This document shows positions 1 through 9,603 of a DNA stretch of 64,000 nt, piece after piece. Both the position numbers and the translations under genes were made by a program. The notes below the pieces were generated by a model, which was not told the DNA's origin, did no database searches, and saw only the letters and a program-made list of their open reading frames with translations. Every line of letters starts with the position of its first letter. Position 1 is the stretch's first letter. Source of the DNA: an uncultured Oscillospiraceae bacterium (GTDB taxonomy: Bacteria > Bacillota > Clostridia > Oscillospirales > Oscillospiraceae). The stretch spans positions 1,850-65,849 of the forward strand of contig CANQTW010000009.1 in NCBI GenBank assembly GCA_947626845.1, written 5' to 3'.

Positions 1-1472
1 GGCGGCAAAAGCTCCGGCCAGTTGGCGGCTGTGTATTCGTAGGGGCCCACGGCCTGGCCGGACTGAAATTCCGGCTCCCAGATACCGGTCTCCGTGCGGA
101 TGCCCAGGAGCTTCCCCTGGTTGTCGGTGATGACGGACGCATTCCTGGCGCACAGGTCCTCCCCGCGGGCGAAGGCCACAGCCATATCCGAAACGGCGTA
201 GATAAGGTCATCCTTCCCGTACACGGGGGCGGGACCCTCCGGCTGGTCCGGTTCGGCGGCGGAGGTATCCACGGCGGTTTCAGGTGCGCCGCCGGTGGTA
301 TCTTCAGTTTCAGTCCCGCCGGTCTCCTCCTCTTTTTCGGGGGTGACGGAAGTGTAGAGCGGCGCGGGGAAATAGGCGATCTCCTCCCCCTCCGCCGGAG
401 CGGCTTCACGGACCTTGTAGCCCAGGTAGGCGATGCCCCGCTCCTCGTCGTGGCCCAGGATACCGGTGAACTCCAGGGCTCCGCCGGCGGCGTCCGTGAG
501 GGTTATGTACATGCTTCCCTTCACCGCGTCCAGGGGAACGGCCACAATGCCGGGCCACAGCACCGTGCCGTGGGCGGAACCGGCGGTTTTCAGCATAATA
601 TCCTTCGCCGTAACGGTGACAAGGCAGTTTTTGTACTTTTCGGAAAGCCGGCTCGCGGCGACGGAGTCCGGAATCTGCGCATAGAGGGCGCTTTCAAGCC
701 CCGCCTCCACCACCTTCTCGCGCTCCAGGGCGCCTGTCTCCACAAGACGCGACAGGTAGTTCTTTTCAAATCCCTTCGGCACGGCAGTGAGGAGCTTTAC
801 CATGAGCTTCGCGGTGTCACCGCGGGTGACCGTCTCAAGGCCTTGGCCCAGCTCGCCGTCTGTGAGGCCGATGCTGTCGGAAAAGGCGCAGGCCTCGCTC
901 CATACAAATTCATCCCCATAGCCCAACGCTCTGAGCATAAAGGTGACAAGCTCCCGTCCGGTCATCTGGGCCGTACCCTTGAACAAAGTTCCGGTGGCTC
1001 CCCTGGCGATGCCCTTTTGATAGGCATAGCCGACGCTCCCCTGCGCGAATTCACTTACGTCCTTAAAGGGATGGGGAAAGTCCATATCGGGGGATACGCA
1101 ATCGTAGCCGGCGGCACGGGCGATGAGGGTCACGGCCTCCTGCCTGGTGATCGCCTTGTCCAGGGCGTAATCCACCGATCCGTCGGGGTTGATCCCAACG
1201 CCGCCCATGATGCCCAGCGTATGGAGAAGCGCGGCGGCCTCCAGGGCGCTGTCCTCTCCGGAAACATCCTCGCCGGGGACAGGCGCGGGACCGGTTGTAT
1301 CCTCGTCTGAGCCCTGGGGCGGGGACACGGGCATGGCGGTGTCCTCCGGTGTCATACCGGCCTCAACGTCACGCGCCGCGTCTGCGCGCAGCTCCATACC
1401 CGTCAAAGGAGCGGCCCCAGAAAGCAAAGCCGCCACAAGTATTGCCGCCATCAAGGATGCGCATTTTTTCAT
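1..1472 (-). CDS. SLH-domain cell-surface protein (C-terminal end of the protein lies beyond the left window edge)
   Basis: Minus-strand frame is open from ATG at 1472 to position 1. It starts with a signal peptide (MKKCASLMAAILVAALLSGAAP). Two SLH-like repeats follow (LGIMGGVGINPDGSVDYALDKAITRQEAVTLIARAAGY; FKDVSEFAQGSVGYAYQKGIARG..TGRELVTFMLRALGY). It is absent from the ORF track because there is no stop codon in the window. Confidence 0.7.
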   Translation of the reverse strand, partial: MKKCASLMAAILVAALLSGAAPLTGMELRADAARDVEAGMTPEDTAMPVSPPQGSDEDTTGPAPVPGEDVSGEDSALEAAALLHTLGIMGGVGINPDGSVDYALDKAITRQEAVTLIARAAGYDCVSPDMDFPHPFKDVSEFAQGSVGYAYQKGIARGATGTLFKGTAQMTGRELVTFMLRALGYGDEFVWSEACAFSDSIGLTDGELGQGLETVTRGDTAKLMVKLLTAVPKGFEKNYLSRLVETGALEREKVVEAGLESALYAQIPDSVAASRLSEKYKNCLVTVTAKDIMLKTAGSAHGTVLWPGIVAVPLDAVKGSMYITLTDAAGGALEFTGILGHDEERGIAYLGYKVREAAPAEGEEIAYFPAPLYTSVTPEKEEETGGTETEDTTGGAPETAVDTSAAEPDQPEGPAPVYGKDDLIYAVSDMAVAFARGEDLCARNASVITDNQGKLLGIRTETGIWEPEFQSGQAVGPYEYTAANWPELLP

Positions 1473-1644
1473 TTCCAGGCCCCCGGTGTATCGTAGTAAA
1501 GTCGAAAAAAGTCGAACTGTCTGGAAATGATTATAGCACATCAGGAAAAAAGATGAAAGTCTTTTTCCAATAAAAAAACCTGTTTAAAATTCCGCCGAAA
1601 TATGTTACAATGATCATAAGCCAAGATACAGCGGAGGTGGGCCT

Positions 1645-2769
1645 ATGGAGACCGTTGAAAAAAAGAAAAGAACGCGCGCCGGAACCGTCGTTCTGGTGTC
1701 GGTCCCCATCGCGCTGGCGCTTCTCTTCCTTCTGCTCTCTCCCATACGGGGCTTTGCCAATTTCGTCACCCGCTGGTTCTCCAGGCCGGTGAAGGCGCTG
1801 ATGGGCACGGTCTTCGGCGTTATCCCCCTCTCCGTCATGGAGCTGGAATACATAGCCGTTTTCCTCTTTGTCCTCATCTGGAACATCCGCACCGTTGTGC
1901 TGGCTGTCCGCCGGGAGAACGGCCTCCGGCTGGCTCTTCGCCGCACGGGCGTCTTTCTGCTGGTCATCGCCTACCTCCTCACCTTTTTCCTCTGGTGCTT
2001 CGCCATCGACTACCGCTCCGACTCCTTCACCGAAAGAAGCGGCATGGAGGCGGGGCCGGTGGAGCTGGAGGACCTGTACGCCGTGACAAAGCTCTTTGTC
2101 AGGAACGCCGCCCTGTACGCCAAGGAGGTAACGCGGGACGACGGCCTCCATTGGGCGGAGGAGCTGGACGGATATCTTGAAAAATCCGAGTACATATACG
2201 AAAACCTGAGCAATGAATATCCTTTCCTGTCCGCGAAGTCGCGGGCGCCGAAAAAGATGTTCCTCACAAGCCGCGTCTCCTCCTGGATGGGCTTCACCGG
2301 CGTCTACTTCCCCTTCTCCGGGGAGTCCAATATCAACATCGACGCCCCCGGCGCCTTTATCCCCCAGACCATCTGCCATGAGCTGGCCCATCAAAAGGGC
2401 GTCTACGCCGAGCAGGAGGCCAATTTTGTGGGCATCCGCGCCGCCATCGCCTCCGGCGACCCGGTGTACGCCTACTCCGGTCTTCTGGCCGGCTCCGTCC
2501 ATCTGGCAAACGCCCTGGCCGCCGTGGATTCAGTCCTCTGTCAGAGCCTTATCCCGCTGATGAGCGACGAGATGCGCACCGACTGGAACGACAACCACTT
2601 CTATTGGCAGCAGTTCGAGGGCAAGGTGGAAAAGGTCAGCTCCAAGATCTACGACGGCTACCTCAAGGCCCAGGGACAGGAGCTGGGCATCCGCTCCTAC
2701 GGGGCCTGCGTGGACCTGCTGGTGGAGTATTACGCCGATATGGCCCACGCATACGAGGCGGCGGAATGA
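1645..2769 (+). CDS. DUF3810-like membrane protein with HExxH zinc-peptidase motif
   Basis: 374-aa ORF with RBS GGAGGTG upstream. N-terminal TM helices and a HELAHQKG motif, recalled as the DUF3810 family. Confidence 0.7.
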   Translation: METVEKKKRTRAGTVVLVSVPIALALLFLLLSPIRGFANFVTRWFSRPVKALMGTVFGVIPLSVMELEYIAVFLFVLIWNIRTVVLAVRRENGLRLALRRTGVFLLVIAYLLTFFLWCFAIDYRSDSFTERSGMEAGPVELEDLYAVTKLFVRNAALYAKEVTRDDGLHWAEELDGYLEKSEYIYENLSNEYPFLSAKSRAPKKMFLTSRVSSWMGFTGVYFPFSGESNINIDAPGAFIPQTICHELAHQKGVYAEQEANFVGIRAAIASGDPVYAYSGLLAGSVHLANALAAVDSVLCQSLIPLMSDEMRTDWNDNHFYWQQFEGKVEKVSSKIYDGYLKAQGQELGIRSYGACVDLLVEYYADMAHAYEAAE

Positions 2770-3410
2770 GCCGCGTCTTCCTCTCCCGCCACGCGGGAGA
2801 GCCTTTGAAGGACTATCTTGCCGGGCTTTACACGGTGGAGCATATTGAAGACGATCCCCGGTACGGCTCCGGCGTGGAGGCCCACGCCGATCTGCGGATG
2901 TGTAAAATGGGCGCCGCGGGGCCGGTGCTGTTTCAAGCCGAGCCTCCCCGCTCCCCCGCCTATCCGGACAACGCCGCCATGTGCGCCCTTGTCCTGGACG
3001 GCTTTCTCATCCACCGTCTTTACGTCACCGCCCCATCGATCTTACAATACTGCCGCCGGCGCGGCTTTCGGGAGATCAACGTCCGCCAGGGTTATACCCG
3101 CTGTTCCTGCCTTCCCGTGGATGACCGGAGCCTCATCACCTCCGACCCTGGCCTCTACGCGGCGCTGAAGGGACTCCCGTCGCTCTCCGTGCTGAAGATA
3201 CGGGAGGGCGGCGTCCTCCTGCCAGGCTTTGAAACGGGCTTTCTGGGCGGCGCGGCGGGCCGCGTGGGCGATACCGTCATCTTCAACGGCGATCTGTCCG
3301 CCCACCCGGACTGCGCCGCCATACAGGCGTTCATCGCGTCACGGGGATTAAACGTCCGGTACTTCCCGTCGTTTCCCCTTACGGACATCGGCTCCGTCAT
3401 CGAAGCGTAA
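2766..3410 (+). CDS. conserved hypothetical protein
   Basis: ATG at 2766 overlaps the stop of the upstream gene (ATGA). Coding-like composition. The longer track ORF starting at 2604 is an upstream extension inside the previous gene. Confidence 0.55.
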   Translation: MSRVFLSRHAGEPLKDYLAGLYTVEHIEDDPRYGSGVEAHADLRMCKMGAAGPVLFQAEPPRSPAYPDNAAMCALVLDGFLIHRLYVTAPSILQYCRRRGFREINVRQGYTRCSCLPVDDRSLITSDPGLYAALKGLPSLSVLKIREGGVLLPGFETGFLGGAAGRVGDTVIFNGDLSAHPDCAAIQAFIASRGLNVRYFPSFPLTDIGSVIEA

Positions 3411-3467
3411 CGCCGGATCAAACCGGCTGCGATCATAGATTCAGATTCAGGAAAGGGAGATCAAACC

Positions 3468-4397
3468 ATGAAATACGGCTACGGCGTGGACCTGGGCGGC
3501 ACCACCGTCAAAATGGGCCTTTTTGCGGAAAACGGGGAGCTTATAGACAAGTGGGAGATCGACACCGACACCACAGGCGGCGGCGTCAACATCCCCGCGG
3601 ACATCGGCAGAGCCATTCTGGCGGACATGAACAAGCACAGCTTTGACAAATCCGACTATCTGGGCCTCGGCATCGGCGTCCCCGGTCAGGTCTGGCCCGA
3701 CGGCACCGCCGACGCGGTGAACCTGGGCTGGAAGCGCCTTCCCCTTATCGGCCAGCTGGAGGAGATGACCGGCCTGCGCTGTGTAGGTGACAACGACGCC
3801 AATATGGCCGCCATGGGCGAATTTTGGCAGGGCGGCGGCAAGGGCTATAAGAGCCTTGTCCTTATCACCCTGGGCACCGGCGTGGGCGGGGGCATCATTC
3901 TGGACGGCAAATGCCTCCAGGGCGCCCACAGGGCCGGCGGCGAGATCGGTCATATCCCCGTGAATCCCGCGGAGACGCGGGTCTGCGGCTGCGGCAACCG
4001 GGGCTGTCTGGAGCAGTACGCCTCGGCTACCGGCTGTGCCCGCCTCGCCATGGACGCCCTGGCCGCCTCGGACGAGCCCTCCACCCTGCGCTCCTCCCGG
4101 AAGGTGGACGCCCGCGCCGTCTGGGACGCGGCGAAGGCCGGAGACGCTCTGGCCGTCAGCGTCGCCGGACAGTTCTGCGATGTCCTGGCACGGGGCATCG
4201 CCGCCGTCACCAATACCGTTGACCCGGAGGTGGTGGTCATCGGCGGCGGCGTCTCGCGGGCGGGCCAGCTCCTGATCGACATGACTGTCCAACGCTTCCG
4301 CCGTTACGCCTTCAATGCCTGCAAAGATACCCCCATCGTCCTGGCCGGTCTCGGCAACGACGCCGGCATGTACGGGTGCGTGGCCAAGCTTCTTTAA
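3468..4397 (+). CDS. glcK: ROK-family glucokinase
   Basis: N-terminus YGVDLGGTTVKMGLF, the ROK signature and a CGCGNRGCLEQY zinc motif. RBS GGAAAGGGAG upstream. Confidence 0.85.
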   Translation: MKYGYGVDLGGTTVKMGLFAENGELIDKWEIDTDTTGGGVNIPADIGRAILADMNKHSFDKSDYLGLGIGVPGQVWPDGTADAVNLGWKRLPLIGQLEEMTGLRCVGDNDANMAAMGEFWQGGGKGYKSLVLITLGTGVGGGIILDGKCLQGAHRAGGEIGHIPVNPAETRVCGCGNRGCLEQYASATGCARLAMDALAASDEPSTLRSSRKVDARAVWDAAKAGDALAVSVAGQFCDVLARGIAAVTNTVDPEVVVIGGGVSRAGQLLIDMTVQRFRRYAFNACKDTPIVLAGLGNDAGMYGCVAKLL

Positions 4398-4419
4398 TAC
4401 GCGGCTCCTGAAACGTCGA

Positions 4420-4445
4420 TCCCCCCGCCAGCATAGGCGGGGGGA
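4420..4445. terminator. bidirectional intrinsic terminator (glcK / DUF1273 gene)
   Basis: TCCCCCCGCC-agcata-GGCGGGGGGA followed by TATTTTA. Confidence 0.65.
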
Positions 4446-4473
4446 TATTTTATGAATTTAAGCTGATTTTTGA

Positions 4474-4992
4474 TCAATCGTCGATCATCAGCTCGATTAC
4501 CCTGACGCCGAGGCTTCTGGCGTACTGGATGGTCTGCTCTGTCCCTCCCGGCGCGCCGGTACGGGCGGCGATGAGCACCTGGGAGGAATCCACCATATAT
4601 TTGTTCCGCCTCTGCATACAGCCGGGGGTGTACTCACGGGAAATAAGCGTCACGTTGTCGCACTGGTGGAGGATATAATTGTACCGCCGCCGCTCCTCCC
4701 CGCTCCAGCCGTGAGACTGGGTCTCGCAGGGAATGGCGGCCTCCAGGGTAAGGCCCTGGTACTCGTCCCGCAGGGCCAGGACGATCTCGGCAAAATAGAG
4801 GTCGCACCCCTTGGCCATGCCGCAGATGAACCGTCTCGCACCGGCCCGGTAGACCCTCCTGACGGCGTCCTCCAGGCGCTCCTTCAGCTCCACACAGCGC
4901 CCGTCCCGCTCGTCGTCTCCCCAGGGCAGCTTCTCCGGGCGGTTACCGGTGAAGGAACAGACCTGGATATTCTCAAATGTCAGCTGATCCAC
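4474..4992 (-). CDS. SLOG / DUF1273 (YpsA-like) family protein
   Basis: GTG start at 4992 preceded by GGGAGGGAGG. Similar to the B. subtilis YpsA architecture (..FTGNRPEKL.., ..AIPCETQ.., ..GGTEQTIQYA..). Confidence 0.6.
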   Translation of the reverse strand: MDQLTFENIQVCSFTGNRPEKLPWGDDERDGRCVELKERLEDAVRRVYRAGARRFICGMAKGCDLYFAEIVLALRDEYQGLTLEAAIPCETQSHGWSGEERRRYNYILHQCDNVTLISREYTPGCMQRRNKYMVDSSQVLIAARTGAPGGTEQTIQYARSLGVRVIELMIDD

Positions 4993-5166
4993 CGTGTCCG
5001 CCTCCCTCCCGTTTATGTGGAACCGGCTCTTGAATAACGCCGCTCCGCTGAAGCATCTACAGGCCGTCCTGCCGGCCAGCGGGGGCCAAATCGCTCCCGC
5101 GGTCATTTGCTCGCCTGTATCCTACAGTATAGCATTTTGCCGCCCTTTTGTAAAGCCGGCAAGCCC

Positions 5167-5195
5167 TTGCAAAATGCCCGCCCGCGTGGTATACT
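5167..5195 (+). promoter_or_regulatory. sigma-A-type promoter of the ABC exporter gene
   Basis: TTGCAA - 17 nt - (TGg)TATACT, about 35 nt upstream of ATG 5228. Confidence 0.5.
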
Positions 5196-5227
5196 TGTCA
5201 CCGATTTTTGATCCGGGGGACGTTTCT

Positions 5228-6976
5228 ATGAAGAAGGATTTCAAAAACTGGGGTCTTTTCCGTATTTTTATCAGCTATTTCAAGCCGCACATGGGCCTTT
5301 TTGCCCTGGACATGGTCTGCGCCCTCTTTATCTCCCTGGTGGACCTCCTTTTCCCCTACGCCTCGCGCCTGTGCCTTTACGAGCTGATCCCCGGCCATCT
5401 CTACGGGGCGTTTTTCGCCGTCATCGGCATCATCGTGGCGGCCTATCTTATTCGGGCGCTTCTGCAATACGTGGTGGTCTACTGGGGCCACGCCTTCGGC
5501 ATCCTGGTGGAGGCGGACATCCGTGAGGACCTCTTTACCCATCTCCAGACGCTCCCCGTCAGCTTTTTCGACAAAAACCGCACAGGACACCTGATGAGCC
5601 AGCTGACAAGCGAGCTTTTTGATATCACTGAGCTTGCCCATCACGGGCCGGAGGACGTGTTCATCTCCACCGTCACCGTGGCAGGCGCCATCGCCATCCT
5701 TTTCACCATCCAGTGGCGGCTGGCCCTGCTGATGCTGGTGCTGATCCCCATCTTCCTGGCCGTGGCCACCCTGAACCGCAAGCGTATGCGCGACACCTCC
5801 CGCGCCGTGAAGCGTGTCACCGCCTCCATCAACGCGGATATCGAATCCAGCCTCTCCGGTATGCGCACCGCCAAGGCCTTTGCCAACGAAACGGCGGAGC
5901 ACAGCCGGTTCGACGCGGCCAATGACCGCTTCCGCGGCTCCAAGAAGGCCCAGTACAAGGCCATGGGCGTGTTCCAAAGCTCACTGGAGTTTTTCACCTC
6001 CATCATGCCCGTGGCGGTCATCGCCTACGGCGGCTATCTCATCATGAAGGGCCTGATGGACTACCGGGATCTGATCACCTTCACCCTCTACACCTCCACC
6101 TTCGTGGCCCCTATCCGCAAGCTTGCCAACCTCTCGGAGATGCTGGTCAACGGCATGGCGGGCCTCTCTCGGTTTACCGATCTCATGCGCGTGGAGCCGG
6201 AGCTCAGCGACAAGCCGGACGCCGTGGACCTTCGGGACGTGCGCGGGCGGATCGACGTAAACGACGTCTCCTTCTCCTACGAGCGGGACGAGACGCCCGT
6301 CCTCCGGCACGTGGACCTGCACGTCTCCCCCGGCGAGACCGTGGCGGTGGTGGGGCCCTCCGGCGGCGGCAAAACGACTCTCTGCTCCCTGATCCCCCGC
6401 TTTTACGACGTGACCGCCGGCTCCATCCTGGTGGACGGGACGGACGTGCGGGATGTGACCCAGAAGAGCCTGCGCCGGAACATCGGCGTGGTCCAGCAGG
6501 ACGTGTTCCTTTTCGCCGACTCCATCATGAACAACATCCGCTACGGCAGGCCCGACGCTTCGGACAGCGAGGTGGCCGAGGCGGCAAAGCGCGCGGAGAT
6601 ATACGACGACATCATGGCCATGCCGGCAGGCTTCGACACCTTCGTGGGCGAGCGGGGCGTCCTCCTCTCCGGCGGACAGAAACAGCGCATCTCCATCGCC
6701 CGCATCTTCCTGAAAAACCCGCCGGTGCTGATCCTGGACGAGGCCACCTCGGCCCTGGATTCCGTCACGGAGGCGAAGATACAGCACGCCTTCGACGAGC
6801 TCTCCCGTGGCCGCACCACCCTCATCATCGCCCACCGGCTCTCCACCGTTCGGGCCGCCGACAGGATACTGGTCATCCGGGACGGCGTCATCACCGAGCA
6901 GGGCACCCACCGGGACCTTCTGGCCCTGGGCGGCGACTACGCGAATCTCTATAATACGCAGAATCTACATATGTAG
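5228..6976 (+). CDS. ABC transporter, fused permease/ATP-binding protein (MsbA-like exporter)
   Basis: Six-TM N-terminal domain, Walker A GPSGGGKTT, signature LSGGQKQR and Walker B LILDEATSALD. The true start is MKKDFKNWG at 5228. Confidence 0.9.
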   Translation: MKKDFKNWGLFRIFISYFKPHMGLFALDMVCALFISLVDLLFPYASRLCLYELIPGHLYGAFFAVIGIIVAAYLIRALLQYVVVYWGHAFGILVEADIREDLFTHLQTLPVSFFDKNRTGHLMSQLTSELFDITELAHHGPEDVFISTVTVAGAIAILFTIQWRLALLMLVLIPIFLAVATLNRKRMRDTSRAVKRVTASINADIESSLSGMRTAKAFANETAEHSRFDAANDRFRGSKKAQYKAMGVFQSSLEFFTSIMPVAVIAYGGYLIMKGLMDYRDLITFTLYTSTFVAPIRKLANLSEMLVNGMAGLSRFTDLMRVEPELSDKPDAVDLRDVRGRIDVNDVSFSYERDETPVLRHVDLHVSPGETVAVVGPSGGGKTTLCSLIPRFYDVTAGSILVDGTDVRDVTQKSLRRNIGVVQQDVFLFADSIMNNIRYGRPDASDSEVAEAAKRAEIYDDIMAMPAGFDTFVGERGVLLSGGQKQRISIARIFLKNPPVLILDEATSALDSVTEAKIQHAFDELSRGRTTLIIAHRLSTVRAADRILVIRDGVITEQGTHRDLLALGGDYANLYNTQNLHM

Positions 6977-7005
6977 GGGGATTTGCCGAAAATTCTGGCG
7001 GGGCC

Positions 7006-8310
7006 TTATCTCTCCCTCTTTATAAAATACACCGCCAGGGCGATGAGGGCGTCCAGGATGTAGAGGGCGATGAAGGCGGCGTTGATGTAATCCACCTTCT
7101 CCTGGGCGGCCCAGACATCCTGGCGGGTATAGACGGTGATGGGCAGGGCGGAGCCGTCTTTCACGCTGTAATTCACCCGCACCACGTCACCGTTCCGGTC
7201 CTGGTACGCAAACAGCACCTTCCCGTCCTCATCCTTGATCTCCCGCCGGTAGTACTCCTCCTGTCGCCGGTCATATTCCTCCTTGGTGATCTCGTTGCCG
7301 TATACATCGACATACTGCGCGTTCCCTTCGGGGGATACGATCTCATAGACGTCGGAGGGCGGCTCCGACCCGTAGAAGGTATCGGGGACGTCCTGTTTCA
7401 TAAAGGCCCCGAAGCTCTCGTAGTCGTTAAACACCGTGCCCCTTATCCACAGCTCCGTCTGGTTCAGGGCGGCCTGGGCGATTGCCGTCATCAGCGCCAC
7501 AGCCAGCAATATCCCGACGCAGCGCCCCTTGAGCCGGTGGTTGCGGCGGTAGATTTCCCCTTCCCGCTCCTCCAGGACCACCACGCCCTTTTTCACAAGA
7601 TGGGCGTATACGAAATACCATATGACCGCGAACGCCGCCAGGAAGGCAGCCGCGGAGAGGAAGCCGTAGGTGAGCTGGCTCTTCAGCGTCAGGCCCAGAT
7701 AGGCCCCCACGGCCGCCATGGGGGCGGTGAAGCCCAGAAGGCCCGCCGTGACCGCCAGGACGTTGCGGGTAACGGCGACCACCCGGCGGCGGAAGTCCGC
7801 CTTCTCCGGGGTGTCCGGCTCCTCGTCGTCCACGGCGAAGAGGGCGCGGTTGGTGAAGATGATCTGGCAGACGGCGGCGGCGGCGAAGAACAGCAGGCCC
7901 ACGTAGAACCCCAGCGACGCCCGCAGAAAGGCGAAGTTGCAGATCAGCGCCGCGATCAGCCCCGCCCCCGCCAGGGACACGGCGATCAGGGAGCGGTTTT
8001 TAAAGGCCGCCAGGGTGGATTTCAGAAGCCGCCGGCGCTCCCGCTCCCCTTTTTCCGTGGGCTCCGGCGCCGTCTCCCCCTCCGTGCGCTCCGTCGGGGA
8101 CCGGCGCTGGCCCCGCAGCAGCTCGTCGCAGGTGACGCCAAAGACCTCCGCGATCACCGGGATCAGGCTCAGGTCCGGCGCGCCCTCGTCCCGCTCCCAG
8201 CGGCTGACGGTCTTGTCCGACACGTTGAGCCTGTCGGCCAGCTCCTTCTGGGTCATGCCGTTGGCCCGTCTCAGGGCGGCGATGAAGCCGCCGATTGTTT
8301 TTTTATCCAT
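7006..8310 (-). CDS. XRE-family helix-turn-helix regulator with transmembrane and extracytoplasmic domains
   Basis: N-terminal HTH_3 (LRRANGMTQKELADRLNVSDKTVSRWERDEGAPD) followed by several TM helices. Confidence 0.8.
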   Translation of the reverse strand: MDKKTIGGFIAALRRANGMTQKELADRLNVSDKTVSRWERDEGAPDLSLIPVIAEVFGVTCDELLRGQRRSPTERTEGETAPEPTEKGERERRRLLKSTLAAFKNRSLIAVSLAGAGLIAALICNFAFLRASLGFYVGLLFFAAAAVCQIIFTNRALFAVDDEEPDTPEKADFRRRVVAVTRNVLAVTAGLLGFTAPMAAVGAYLGLTLKSQLTYGFLSAAAFLAAFAVIWYFVYAHLVKKGVVVLEEREGEIYRRNHRLKGRCVGILLAVALMTAIAQAALNQTELWIRGTVFNDYESFGAFMKQDVPDTFYGSEPPSDVYEIVSPEGNAQYVDVYGNEITKEEYDRRQEEYYRREIKDEDGKVLFAYQDRNGDVVRVNYSVKDGSALPITVYTRQDVWAAQEKVDYINAAFIALYILDALIALAVYFIKRER

Positions 8311-8419
8311 GTGGATCTCCCCTTTCGGTTGATTTCACGGCCATTCTAATATCCCGACAGTTAGAATCACACCCAAGAGACCGTAAATCTCTCTCGGATT
8401 TTGAGAATCCATTAAAAAT

Positions 8420-8448
8420 GCGGCATTTCCATCGGATTGGAATGCCGC
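8420..8448 (-). terminator. intrinsic terminator about 165 nt downstream of the exonuclease gene
   Basis: Minus strand: GCGGCATTCCAATCCGATGGAAATGCCGC followed by ATTTTTAA. Confidence 0.6.
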
Positions 8449-8610
8449 TTATAATAATATCATTTAAAAGGCGACACCGAGCGGCGAGGATTTTTCGTGT
8501 CAGGCAAGGAAGACGCCGAAGGGAATACCCTTTGGTATTTCCAAGGCGGCTGACGAAGCATGGCGCGAAAAAGACCGGCGCGAATGTCTTTTTTTAATTA
8601 GATATTAGTA

Positions 8611-9564
8611 TTAAGTATTTTTCCCATGACCTTTGCCGTGCCGGCCCCGGCGGCGGGCGTGGGTGCCCTTGCGGCGGGAGCAGGTAAAGGTCTCACCGGC
8701 GGTGGCTTTCGCCAGGGTCCGCAGGTTCTTATCCGTGGCGGGGAGAACGTCGTTATAGGTCCAGAACTTTCCGGTGTCGTCGGCGATGAGCTTGAGCCGC
8801 CGGATCACCGTCCCGTGGTCGGGGCAGTTGACGGACCCCAGATAGGTTGCGCCGTCCCTGGTGTGCCAGCTCGCCACATGCTCCGCCCGCCGGCACTCCG
8901 GACAGACGGCCCTGCGGCAGCCCATGTTGTTCAGCGCCAGCTCGCGGGTGAGGAAAGGCCCCATCCGCACCGTCCCTTTCCGCTTGCGCAGGGGGTGGGG
9001 CTGGGCCAGCACGTCCTCCCTGGTCAGGGGGAAGGTACACTCCGCCAGCGCCTCCTCCGGCAGGAAGCCGCCGATGAGGCTGGTATACAGCGCGTCGTGG
9101 AGGGCGTTGTGAAAGACGAAGGTGTCGGGGATGCGGCAGTACTCCGCCGCCTGATAGAGCTGCGCGGTGTTCACACCCCCCAGCGCCTTGGAAAAGGCGG
9201 ACTGGATGTCGGTATATTTTTCCGGGAACACCGGCTCCAGGCCGTAATGAAGGGCGTTGCGGCAGAGGATTTTAAAATCGTCCCTCCCCCACTCGGCAAA
9301 CTCTGTCTCGCCGTCGATGAACCGCAGCCAGGAGCGGTAGACCTCCTCAAAGCCCTTCCCGCGCTCCAGGCTCTCGGCAAGCTCCGGGAGCACCCTGGCG
9401 CCGGGGGAAAGCCGCTTGTGGACACGGGGCTTTATGTAGGCGTTAAAGACCTCCCGCACGGCGCCTCCGGGCCTGTCCACCCTGACCGCGCCGATCTGCA
9501 GGATCTCGTCCAGGTTCTCCGGCTCATATAATCCGCTGTTAAATTCCAGATCGAGGACGATCAT
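8611..9564 (-). CDS. DEDDh (DnaQ-like) 3'-5' exonuclease with C-terminal Cys-rich domain and basic tail
   Basis: Exo motifs LDLE, WGRDDF and HNALHDA. C-terminal CPECRR..NCPDHG and an RRKGTHARRRGRHGKGHGK tail. ATG at 9564 with RBS GAAGGTGAG. Confidence 0.7.
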   Translation of the reverse strand: MIVLDLEFNSGLYEPENLDEILQIGAVRVDRPGGAVREVFNAYIKPRVHKRLSPGARVLPELAESLERGKGFEEVYRSWLRFIDGETEFAEWGRDDFKILCRNALHYGLEPVFPEKYTDIQSAFSKALGGVNTAQLYQAAEYCRIPDTFVFHNALHDALYTSLIGGFLPEEALAECTFPLTREDVLAQPHPLRKRKGTVRMGPFLTRELALNNMGCRRAVCPECRRAEHVASWHTRDGATYLGSVNCPDHGTVIRRLKLIADDTGKFWTYNDVLPATDKNLRTLAKATAGETFTCSRRKGTHARRRGRHGKGHGKNT

Positions 9565-9603
9565 AGTCTCACCTTCTTTGGCGTGGGATGGGGCTGTCAA
9601 GCG

